Assembly: GCF_006345805.1 (NCBI RefSeq)
Contig: NW_021825638.1
Coordinates: forward strand, 1-14,764
Length of the DNA stretch: 14,764 nucleotides
From: Octopus sinensis
Taxonomy: Eukaryota
Direction of reading: 5' to 3'
The notes under the pieces were generated by a model. The model did not search any database and was not told where the DNA came from. It was given only the letters and a program-made list of their open reading frames with translations. The translations under genes were made by a program, and so were the position numbers. Shown here piece after piece: positions 1 through 9,888 of this stretch. The first letter of the stretch is position 1. Every line of letters begins with the position of its first letter.

Positions 1-10
1 TCTATTTTCT

Positions 11-722
11 GCGACAGGCATTGTAGAAATTTCTTAAATGCTAAGCGAGCAGTGCATAGAAGTTAAAATGTATCCACACCTCTGCTAGAAACGCTTGTTT
101 CCTACATAAAATATTCTCTGAGATGTCTCAAAATCTTTTTCATTTTCAATAACACATCATAATGTGTTGAATGTCTCATAATAAACAAAACCTAAATGCT
201 ATTTGCTGTCATTCTCAGATTTATTGCCATACACTTGAAGCAAATTGTCTGTGCAACAGACCCTTTGGTGTGGTAATTCTGTTAGTAGCAGATTTTCGCC
301 AAACTGCTCCTGTGATAACAAGAGATTCTAATGCTGTTATTATTGAAAATTGTATTAAATGCTCGCAACTTTGGCCTCATGTAGACATGTAAAATTGGTA
401 GGTATTTCCGGAAATCTGAAAATGACAGGGACAGAAGAATTTAGTAGTTGGTCACTTGATGTTGGAAGAATTTCATAATCGGCTACTTGATGTTGGAAAC
501 GTTACACTGACGTGTGAATATTGAATGACTGGAAGAAAGTTTAATTCCTATGCTATCAGAACTAATATCAGGCGGAAGGATATTATTAGATATTTGGAAT
601 TTCAAGAGATATCTCAAAGGAAGAATCAATCGAAAATGCCTCTTGAAAGACATTGTTATCTACTAAAAATGTAGTTACTTTCTACCTGAACAATTGCTAT
701 TCTTATATTGCTGCCTGGAAAT
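11..722 (+). pseudogene. Decayed Helitron-type PIF1-like (SF1B) helicase fragment
   Basis: ORF 171-392 contains RPFGVVILLVADFRQTAPVI...IENCIKCSQLW, matching the PIF1/Helitron motif PFGGK.ILLGGDFRQ.LPV...SIK.S.LW. Colinear motifs lie in other frames: ATGI at 11, MTGTEEFSSWSLDVG at about 422-466 (F..WLL.IG-like), LSTKN..LN at about 655-695 and LLPG at about 708-719. Stops and frameshifts occur throughout. Confidence 0.8.
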
Positions 723-844
723 ATTCTATATATTTTTCTCTTGTGTGTCTTCGTTAAGATTTTTTCTTCAGCAGTAGTATCTTGCAACATCTGTGATACA
801 CGTTTTCACACATCTCTACTCCTAAAATGTGTTACGTCATAGAA

Positions 845-1027
845 CGGCTTTACTCGTATATGAATTATTCTGTTTTATACTAGACTTTTGCTAAAAAGAA
901 TTCTGGGGTACGACTTATACAAGGGGCAAAGCTAAAAATATGAAAAAAAAGATATTGTACAAATGTTATATATTGTACCAAGACTTAACACTAAATTAGG
1001 GATATTACTTATACACAAGTAAATACG
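845..1027. mobile_element. Degenerate Tc2/pogo-like MITE
   Basis: Imperfect terminal inverted repeats: CGGCTTTACTCGTATAT (845-861) versus the reverse complement of the right end, CGTATTTACTTGTGTAT. The subterminal motif ACTTATACA occurs at about 913 and about 1007. The termini resemble CCGTATTTACTCG..TATAAG-type ends. Confidence 0.5.
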
Positions 1028-1901
1028 ATGGCTTCAATTCAAAGACTCTGAGCTTCTCTCAATCTCCATTGCGCTTCTTGCTGCATCCACTGTTTCTTGT
1101 GAAGCACAAGAATTTGTTTGTCTGTTTATTTCCCTTCCTGTTTCTAATTGTTGTGCAGATAAGTCTGATCAATAACTTCTCACTAGTTCACTCTAATCTT
1201 TTTTCTTTCAAGACGAGTCTCCATTATGAATGAATTAAAAGTAGAAACACAAATCAATTTTTCCTTTTGTCTGCGAGGAGTTTTGCTGAATCTACTTAAC
1301 ACATAACCAACATTTAAATGACATGATAACATGATATCACAGAATATAATTAATTGATTCTACTGTAGTCTGTTGATTAGGCTTCAAGTCAACTTTTGAA
1401 GGCGAAATAATCAAACTTGATGCATTGTTGAATAAAAGTGTATATTTGTTCATGAATGATTACATTCTTACTTAAATATGCATGTGCGTTGCGTGCGTGC
1501 GTGTGTATCGAGTATTGATGCATTTTGTATGTTGTGTTAAGAACAAAGAATTTACTATCTCAATAAATAAATGATTGCGGGCACGATAGCTAGTCTTTAA
1601 ACAAGCTTGAAGAAACATTTGCTAAAAAGTCCAAAATTCGGAGACTTTATGTCGTTTTCTTCTAAGGTAGAAGGATGGAATTTGATGGTTCTGCTTCGCT
1701 GAACATCCCATAAGAAACTCTGTATATTACTTAAGTACTTATATTGAAAAAAATTATAAGAAAAAAAAGGCAAAAATTATAACAAACACCGTATTTAATC
1801 GTCGTATTAAAATGAACGCGCCACTGTTATACGCATCAGTGAAAGTTCGTATGTAAATGAGATATTTATACTATATTATACTATACCATATATATATATA
1901 T

Positions 1902-2510
1902 CGTGAAGTATATTTGCCACCTAAATGTGGATGACCCATATGGGACGATGGTACTGTAGTTTAAAACCCCAGGAAGATATCTTCTCCAGTTGGCTAACGG
2001 CGCACTGTCTGTACTTGCGAAGGGAAATCACTGTTTCATCCCTAGCCTGACGTGATACACACGGACCCGGGTTTCTGGGTAGTAAACTATCATTAGTGTG
2101 TGACAATCATCGCCTAAGGATGAGACGTGATTCCGAATGCAAAATACAATATGCTTTTTCCAGTGACAAACGGTTGCTAATCTCGAAAAAGGAAGAAAAC
2201 AACAATAATAAATCTCTGAACGAGACGTAAACAGTCGCAGCACGATATCGGGAAGTATATTTGCCACCTAAATGTGGCTGACCCACATGGGACGATGCTA
2301 GAGTGTGATAATCACCAGCTGAGATCAGCAGCTGTCTGTGACTGGAAAAAGCATATAGTATTTTGCGTTCGGAGTCACGTCTCATCGCTATTACCCGTCC
2401 TGTTTCCCATCTTTTTCTCTCGTTGTTTGCGTCTTTAACTCATGTGTTTTCCTAAGTCATGTTGTTAACAGTTGGTGACGTCCTGTACGCGTATATGCCA
2501 CCCACCATAC
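1902..2510. repeat. Cluster of three related short interspersed-repeat copies (+, -, +), possibly Penelope-derived
   Basis: Direct repeat 1905-1950 versus 2252-2297 (44/46 identical). Inverted repeat 2119-2184 versus 2321-2386 (58/66 identical). Weaker homology at about 2016-2047. The cluster starts immediately after a (TA)n tract. Confidence 0.7.
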
Positions 2511-2619
2511 ATATAATAATTTCCATTATTATTTAATTGAACGGCCACGCATCTAATTCCAAGTATATAATATATATATATATATATATATTATATTATA
2601 TATATATATATATAGAAGG

Positions 2620-2670
2620 AGCTTCTACAGGACTAGAACTGTTTCATTCAAGAGAAATCATCAGGAAGCT
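2620..2670 (-). ncRNA. Type I hammerhead ribozyme with complete core
   Basis: Minus strand reads AGCUUC-CUGAUGA-U-UUC-UCUU-GAA-U-GAAA-CAG-UUCUAGUC-CUG-UA-GAAGCU. This gives a 6-bp stem I, CUGAUGA, a short stem II closed by U.U, GAAA, stem III ACAG/CUGU and a GUA cleavage triplet. Confidence 0.85.
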
Positions 2671-2677
2671 ATTTAAC

Positions 2678-2850
2678 TATATATATATGTATATATGTAT
2701 ATATATATATATCATATTATATATTTGTATGTATATTATGTATATGTGTGTGTATGTGTATGTGTACATGTACGTGTACGCTCGTGTGTTTATGTATATG
2801 TAGGTACGTAGAGTTTATTATGTAGGATGTGTACTATCCTATGTGTAATG

Positions 2851-2890
<40 letters not shown>

Positions 2891-3110
2891 TATATATATA
2901 TAATATATATATATAGGTGTATATATATATGTGTAAGTTTATATGTATGTATCCGTCTGTATAATGGGTAACTGCACGTATATACTTAATATTTATTATT
3001 TATGTATATGTAGGTACGTAGAGTTGTATGTATGGATGTGTATATATACATATGTGGTAAATGGGTATATATATATATATAGTATATTATATATATATAT
3101 ATTATATATA

Positions 3111-3178
<68 letters not shown>

Positions 3179-3534
3179 TATATATATGTGTGTAAGTTTA
3201 TATGTATGTATCCGTCTGTATAATGGGTACCCGCACGTATATATACTTAATATTCATTATTTATTTTTTGAGTATGCATGTATGTATATGAATAACTGCA
3301 CGTATATATATTTTATTATTTATTTTTTGAGTATGCATGTAAGTATATGAACATAAGGAGGAGCGCGTGGTGTGTATGTGTAAGCATATGTATAGATATA
3401 TGATACTTTTACGCATGTGTGTACTTATGTGTATATATGGATGCGCGTGTGTGTGTGTGTGTATGTGTACGCATGTATATGTGTAGGTGTGTGTATGTGT
3501 ATATATAGTATATATTTGTGTGTATATGTATATA

Positions 3535-3573
<39 letters not shown>

Positions 3574-4226
3574 GTGTGTATGTATATATATATATATATG
3601 TGTATATATATGTATATGTATGTGTATGTATGCGTGTATATGTATGTATATGTATATGTGTGGGTGTGTGTATGTGTATATATGTATGTATGTATGGGTG
3701 TATGTATATGTATGTATATATACGTATATATATATATATATATATACATATATATGTGTATGTGTATGTTTTTGTATGTAGGTGTATATGTATATGTGTA
3801 TATATATTTATTGGTGTATATGTATGGACTAGTCTTCCGTGGGTGTATTGAGGTATGTATGTGTAAGCGTGTAGACACGAATCTGTAGGTACGCGTACGT
3901 ATGTGTATATATGTGAATGTATGTAGATGTATGTATGTATGACTATAACGCGTGCGTGCGTGTATGTGTATGAGTGTACGAATGAGTGAGTGTGCGTGCG
4001 AATGAGTGTGCGGCGTGAGTGAGTGCTTGTGTTCGAGTAGAAAGATAAATGGACATGCTGTCGTCCCCAGGGAGACGATAGCCAAGATGCTTGTGACCGA
4101 GGTCAAAGATAACAAAAGTAATAAATGAAAATAATAATAATAAAATTAAAATAAGGGAATGGGTTTTGCTGTTTATGTATATGTGTGTATGTGTAGGTAT
4201 GTATAGGTACACATATGTATATATAT
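2678..4226. repeat. Compound (TA)n/(TG)n/(TATG)n microsatellite field containing a tandem duplication
   Basis: Low-complexity sequence read directly. Units at about 2791-3000 and 3001-3260 share the anchors GTAGGTACGTAGAGTT and GTAAGTTTATATGTATGTATCCGTCTGTATAATGGGTA. Confidence 0.9.
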
Positions 4227-4598
4227 ACTCTTTACTCTTTACTCTTTTACTTGTTTCAGTCATTTGACTGCGGCATGCTGGAGCACCACCTTTTAGTACT
4301 TATTCTATCGGTCTCTTTTTGCCGAACCGCTAAGTGACGGGGACCTAACCACCAGCATCGGTTGTCAAGCAATGCTAGGGGGACAAACCTAGACACACAA
4401 ACACACGCATACATATATACATACATATATACGACAGGCTTCTTTCAGTTTCCGTCTACCAAATACACACTCACAAGGCATTGGTCGGCGGCCGGGCTAT
4501 AGCAGAAGACCACTTGCCCAAGATGCCACGCAGTGGGACTGAACCCGCAACCGTGTGGTTGGTTAGCAAGCTACTTACCACACAGCCACTCCTGCGCC
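4227..4598 (-). mobile_element. tRNA-derived SINE with head and tail, (AGTAAAAG)n-type tail
   Basis: Minus-strand head GGCGCAGGAGTGGCTGTGTGGTAAG...GGGTTCAGTCCCAC has pol III A and B boxes. There is an internal microsatellite and a tail ...GACTGAAACAAGTAAAAGAGTAAAGAGTAAAGAG. The tail is shared with 6643-6759. Confidence 0.88.
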
Positions 4599-4899
4599 TA
4601 TATGTATATATATATGTGTATATATGGACATGTGTGTGCATGTGTGTATGTTATATATATATGTGTGTGTATGTGTGTATGTGTATGTGTGTGTATGTAT
4701 ATATTTGTGTGTATATGTATGTGTGGGCGTGTGTGTATATATACATGTATATGTATGTATATATATATATTATATATATATATATATGTAATGCGTATAT
4801 ATATGTAGTGTATATGTATTGTCTATGTATGTGTGTGTTATATGTATAATGTGTGGTGTGTGTGTGTGTGTGGTATTATATACATATGGTGTTATGTAT

Positions 4900-5248
4900 A
4901 GTATAAGTGAGAATCTCCTTATTTACATTAAAACTCTATTCTTCTATTTATTTTTTTATTCCTTTATTTATTCTTGTATCTATTTTACCACTGACTCCTT
5001 GACCACTCCCCTAAGTATGATATTTTTGCGCTATGCCTACCCCCCAAAAAGTCCCCCACTACCACCCCTTTAAACCTGCCTAAATGTATAAAGGCCAAAA
5101 CTATTCCTGGTAACTAGCTTCCTGATGATTTCTCTTGAATGAACAGTTCTAGTCCTGTAGAAGCTCCTTCTATATAATAATTAATTTTACTCTGCTATGT
5201 ATTGAGTACCTTATTTCACTGTGGGTTAACCCGAATCAACCCGGGACC

Positions 5249-5250
<2 letters not shown>
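4900..5250 (+). mobile_element. Hammerhead-bearing non-coding element (Penelope pseudo-LTR-like)
   Basis: Non-repetitive island between microsatellites that contains an HHR nearly identical to the reverse complement of 2614-2677. Boundaries are approximate. Confidence 0.6.
5116..5165 (+). ncRNA. Type I hammerhead ribozyme, one A missing from the GAAA box
   Basis: AGCUUC-CUGAUGA-UUUC-UCUU-GAAU-GAA-CAG-UUCUAGUC-CUG-UA-GAAGCU. It is identical to the 2620-2670 copy except GAAC for GAAAC. Confidence 0.75.
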
Positions 5251-5315
<65 letters not shown>

Positions 5316-5505
5316 GGAGAGTTCATGAAAAAAAAAACAAAAGACGAAGACAGGTGGCGTAGAAAACAAGCAGATGTATTAGTATAACGCTCAGGAATTG
5401 GAAAAGTATTTTACGTTTCGAGCCTACGTTCTTCTACAGAAAGGGACACAGAAAAAAAAAAACAAGGGAGAAACGAGGAGCGAAAAAATGTGTGTAGTGG
5501 CTCGA
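5316..5505 (-). mobile_element. About 190-nt minimal-hammerhead cassette, family B copy 1 (HHR at 5408-5444)
   Basis: Minus strand CCUUU-CUGUAGA-A-GAAC-GUAG-GCUC-GAAA-CGU-A-AAAU. Colinear with 6924-7115 and 11615-11804. Abuts (TA)n at its 3' end. Confidence 0.75.
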
Positions 5506-5929
5506 TCTAGTGGATCAGGGATGACTTGGACGAAGGGTCATCGCAGCGAGAGATAGTAGAGGGATAGATCACAATAAAGACGCCACAAACTGCTCGTAGA
5601 AATGAACAAAGAAAGTGCGTGTGTGTATAAGAGAGTACATCAAAATTCGATCAGAGGTTATGTTAGTCTCAGGAAGAGATGGTGTCAGCCAAGGAAATAC
5701 TGGTTCAATAACTAATATTATGGGGGAATTGATGTCCTTAAAATAATAGTTATTTTCATAAAAACATGTAGTTTATATTCATATAAAAGAAGAAAAATAA
5801 AATGGAGATTGGGAAGTTAATAATTGTTTATTATTAACAACGAATCAACCATTATCCCAAACAACTGCTTCAATTAAAACTAAGTGAATTAATTATATAT
5901 TAAATTCATATGCTCTGAGCATAATATCT

Positions 5930-6219
5930 TCTCGTAACCATGTCATCGACCAGACTATCAGGTGTAATATATATAGCTGGTCACAATGCAATCTGCGTCG
6001 TTTTCGTTTTGGGATGATGGTGAGCAGGCTAACATTCCACCACCCCGGCCTTGATTGGAAGGCTGTACTGTCACAGGGTTACCTATGAACTGCTAAGCAG
6101 ACTGGAACAGCGTAAAATGAAGTGGTTTGCTCATGAACACAATGTGTTGCCCCATCCGGAAATCGAATCCACGATCCAGTGAATGTGGCTGTAACAGCGT
6201 AACCACGGGGCCACATGCT
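5930..6219 (-). mobile_element. Older, diverged tRNA-derived SINE with CORE-like centre
   Basis: Minus-strand head GCATGTGGCCCCGTGGTTAC...GGATTCGATTTCC (A and B boxes) followed by GTGTTCATGAGCAAACCACTTCATTT. Its 3' region (plus strand CGACCAGACTATCAG...GCTGGTCACAATGC) is homologous to 6277-6320. Confidence 0.75.
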
Positions 6220-6258
6220 TTAAACAATATATATATGTGTATATATATATATATATAT

Positions 6259-6560
6259 ATCACGTGATCACGTGACCGACCAGACCATCAGATGTTGTTA
6301 CACATCGCTGGTCACAATGCGTTCGCATTGTTTTAGCCTTCGAATGACGCCACCCCGCTGGCTAAACGAGCAGGCCAACAGAAGAAAGAGTGAGAGAAAG
6401 TGTGGTGAAAGAGTACAGCAGGGATCACCACCCCCTGCCGGAGCCTCGTGGAGCTTTTTTGTGTTTTCGCTCAATAAACACTACAACGCCGGTCTAGGAA
6501 TCGAAACCGCGATCCTACGACCGCGAGTCCGCTGCCCTAACCACTGGGCCATTGCGCCTC
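6259..6560 (-). mobile_element. tRNA-derived SINE, full length, (CACGTGAT)n tail
   Basis: Head GAGGCGCAATGGCCCAGTGGTTAGGGCAGCGGACTCGCGGTCGTAGGATCGCGGTTTCGATTCC has A and B boxes. The tail is GTCACGTGATCACGTGAT. Flanked by (TA)n and (CA)n. Confidence 0.88.
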
Positions 6561-6642
6561 ACACCACACACACAAACACACACACACACACACACACACA
6601 ACACACACATATATATAATATATATATATAATATATATATAT

Positions 6643-6759
6643 ACTCTTTACTCTTTTACTTGTTTCAGTCATTTGACTGCAGCCATGCTGGAGCACCGCC
6701 TTTAGTCGAGCAAATCGACTCCATGACTTATTCTTTGTAAGCCTAATATTTATTCTATC
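6643..6759 (-). mobile_element. 5'-truncated SINE (3' tail of the 4227-4598 family)
   Basis: ACTCTTTACTCTTTTACTTGTTTCAGTCATTTGACTGC..CATGCTGGAGCACC matches about 4234-4287. No tRNA-like head is present. Confidence 0.85.
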
Positions 6760-6923
6760 ATAAATCAACGCTTACAGTTCCTTGCGCATCCGATTGGGCC
6801 AAGACGCTCACCCATCAAATTCAGCCAAATTAACTGTATAGATACACAACTGTCTAATACGACATATAGCACACACATACGTGTGCGCGCATATATGCAT
6901 ATGTATATATACATATATGTATA

Positions 6924-7115
6924 TTCGCCATGCAGGACCGCTGTAAACTACAAGTTGTTTTTCACTCTTTGTTTATTTTCTCTTATTCCTTTCTCTTGTG
7001 GAGCGTAGGCTCGAAACGTAAAAGACTTTTTCATTTTTCCCAAGCGTCAAACTAATGTACTTGCTTGTTGTTCATACACCAATCTCTGTCTTTTGTTTTT
7101 CTAAAAATGTCAACT
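6924..7115 (+). mobile_element. About 190-nt minimal-hammerhead cassette, family B copy 2 (core degraded; motif at 6988-7024)
   Basis: Starts TTCGCCATG, like the 11804 end on the minus strand. CCUUU-CUCUUGU-G-GAGC-GUAG-GCUC-GAAA-CGU-A-AAAG keeps stems I and II and GAAA, but the CUGA box is mutated. Microsatellite lies on both sides. Confidence 0.75.
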
Positions 7116-7830
7116 ATCTATATATATATATATATATATACTATATATAATATATATATATATATATAATATATATATATATTATATATCTATATAATAT
7201 ATATATAATATATACATATATACACAATATATATATATATATACACCATGTTTCACTAGATACAGTACAATTTTTCAAGTTTTAATCTTTATATTTTAAA
7301 TTGTTTTCATAATTTCTTTTGGGGATTATTATAGTTGATTTGGAACAAAAGAATTCCAAAATCGATATCCAGCATTTCTAGCATTTCACAATCTCATCTC
7401 CAAGAATTAGATTGAATCTATTTTTGTTCTTCCTTATTTACTGATTGAATTTGTTGTAGACTTTCCTGACAAAGGGTTATTGACCGCTGGGGTGATGTAT
7501 CAGAAGCCATGCGTCGATTTACTTGTCACAGACAAATTTTGATTTTGTTTTTCTCTGACTGTAGCGTACTGTTAATTTTTTGATGCGTTATAATTGTTGT
7601 ATTGTATCGCGATATGGGTTTATCTGCCATACTTAAAGTTCTATTTTCGTGTGCAATTTTATAAAGTAAATATTTTCTTCTAATATTTCTCTAATTTCCT
7701 TTTGTGGTGCGTAGTGTAATGTAGTGCAATAGCTCCATCCATCTATCCAGCCATCCATCAAACCATCCGTCCGTCTGTCTATCTGTCTGTCTCTATATAT
7801 GTATGTGTGCAAATACATACGTACGTATAC

Positions 7831-7909
<79 letters not shown>

Positions 7910-7932
7910 TATATATATTATATACATATATA

Positions 7933-9211
7933 TAAGTTCCCGCGGTTTTTTAAAAAAATTTAACTATTTTAAAAGGTTTAATAAAAAAAATAACAATTAA
8001 TTAACCAATAATGTATTCACCCTTGCTGTTTACAACTTCTTCCCAACGTTCAACAAGATTTTCAATACCTCGTTGGTAGAACTCACCCGATTTCGACTCG
8101 AAAAATTGATCCAAGTTCTCAATTCTGCATTAGTATTGAACGAAACTCCGCGCATAGCATTTGAAAGAGATCGATAGAGGTGGAAATCCGTTGGTGCCAA
8201 ATCAGGAGAGTACGGCAGGTGTGCCAGCATTTCCCAGCCATGCGTTTGAATGGCTTGCTTTGTCATATTGGCGATATGAGGGCGGGCGTCGTCGTGTAGC
8301 AGAAGAACTCCATGCTGCCGATTAGTTCTTTTCTCTTGAATAGCCGTGTTGAGTCGTTCAACGTGTTGAACATAGAGTTCCGCATTGACCGTTTGGTTCC
8401 GTTCAAGCAATTCATAATAGATAATCCCTTCCCAGTCCCACCATACGCATAACATCGTTTTACGCAGATTAAGATCTTGTTTCACTCGCGCGGTGTCACT
8501 TGTTTACCGGGGCTAAGCCACTCCTTACGCTGCTTCATATTGATGTACAGTCACCATTTTTCGTCGTCAGTAACGATTCGGTAAAGAAATCGTTGCTTAT
8601 GTCCATGACTTGAGTGGTGATGAGCAAGCAAACCAGCAGAGATTGTGGTTCGTTGATTTTTGTTGTTGTCACTTAAAGCATGCTGAACCCATGCTCCATA
8701 CTTCTGAACCTTTCCCATCGAGAGAAGATGCTTCTCTATAGCAGTGTGGAAGCATTCCATTTTCTCTGCCAGTTCCCTTGTCGTTTGACGAAAATTTTCG
8801 TGCAAAAGATGGTTTAATCGCTCTTCATCGAACTCAACTGGACGGCCAGAACGAAGTAACTCTTTGAGGTTAAAATTTACATTTTCGAACTAGGCATACC
8901 CGTCACAAGCGGTTCTTACAGCTATGGCACCCCCTCGATATACGAAACAAATGTCGCAAGTAGTTTTTGCAGCCTTAAAACCTTGATTAAAAGCGAAAAG
9001 AAGGTGTCGAAAATACTCGTTTTTCTTAACTTGACATTCCATTCTGATGATATGAAAATAAACAAAAATTAACTAAAATTAACTAGAAAAAAAAAACACA
9101 AAAGAAAATAGATCCCAAAATAGAATTCTCGAAAAAAATAGATTCCAAAATTTAAAAACGTAATAAATTCCAAAATTTAAAAAAACCGAGGGAACTTAGT
9201 TGCTAACTCAA
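7933..9211 (-). mobile_element. Mariner (DD34D) DNA transposon, near full length
   Basis: Inverted termini TAAGTTCCCGCGGTTTTTT (7933) and AAAAAACCGAGGGAACTTAGTTGCTAACTCAA (ending 9211). About 1.28 kb with a transposase pseudogene inside. The outer part of the left TIR is missing. Confidence 0.95.
8001..9042 (-). pseudogene. Mariner transposase pseudogene
   Basis: ATG at 9042 (MECQVKKNEYFRH...). Motifs RSGRP, WVQHAL (WVPHEL-like), IVTDDEKW, HDDARPH and YSPDLAPTD, with 34 residues between the second and third Asp. Ends ERWEEVVNSKGEYIIG* at 8001. In-frame stops at 8890-8892 and 8551-8553; frameshifts near 8490 and 8110. Confidence 0.95.
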
Positions 9212-9399
9212 TGCATACATACTCTTCACACACATTCACACACAGACATAGACTTAATGTCAGCTGCTTCTTTATGCAAGAATTTTAATTTCTTTCTGCT
9301 GAAGGAAATATCACCATGGAAACGCCAGTGATTTCTTTGTATCTTAGCTTGCCAGAGAGTTACCAACACACTTTCCTTTCCTTACCATTCTTTGCTGGA

Positions 9400-9679
9400 T
9401 ATATAGAATGACAGAGGCATATCAGATAATGCCATAGTGACGGATTGCACTGAATCGGTTGTTGTTTCGACTGGCGTTTTCTAATCTTGTCCATCTGGTG
9501 TTGTCTTCCTCGGCCACTTCAAATGTTGTTCACATGGACCATCTGTTTTCAATATGCGACACTTGAACTTTTGAAGGGGGATTGGTCGTGTTCAATTCTT
9601 TTCTTCGACCTTACTGCCATGGGTGGGCTTCCTAGGATCATTAGTCTAATGCGCAAGACCTCCACCATGAAATAAAGTG
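9400..9679 (-). mobile_element. Possible old, internally deleted RTE-type retroelement
   Basis: Minus-strand start CACTTTATTTCATGGTGGAGGTCTTGCG...CACCCATGGCAGTAAGGTC resembles RTE 5' UTR starts as I recall them. GGCCGAGGAAGACAACACCAGATGG resembles a frameshifted C-terminal GRGRP..RW motif. The 3' boundary is uncertain. Confidence 0.4.
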
Positions 9680-9888
9680 ACAAACAAAGATAAATATGGA
9701 TGTGTGTGTGTGTCTGGTTTAAAAAGCCACATGAAACCCCATGATAGATCTAAGGTGTAAGTGCAAAAGGTGGTCAGATTCTTATAAGTAGACAACCACT
9801 ATGTATGTATGCATGTATGTATGTATGTATGTATGTATGTATGTATGTATGTATGTATGTATGTATGTATGTATGTATGTATGCATAT

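Noticed and set aside
1905-2297. 46-nt direct repeat as a CRISPR array or LTR pair
   Set aside because: Only two copies about 350 nt apart in eukaryotic repeat DNA, with no cas genes, TG..CA ends, PBS or PPT.
2534-2563. LNGHASNSK, reminiscent of a GIY-YIG R.N.H motif
   Set aside because: Too short, with no surrounding GIY or YIG motifs.
2537-4849. Many long overlapping ORFs rich in Y, I, V, C, M, H and T (for example 3261-4115, 284 aa)
   Set aside because: They are translations of stop-poor (TA)n/(TG)n microsatellites, open in several frames on both strands.
6490-6560. SINE heads (here, 4530-4598 and 6160-6219) as tRNA genes
   Set aside because: I see no convincing cloverleaf or acceptor stem, and each continues into a SINE body and tail.
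7245-7735. Non-repetitive island with a YAPQ peptide on the minus strand
   Set aside because: It has multiple stops and no further LINE endonuclease motifs or recognisable termini, so I left it unassigned.
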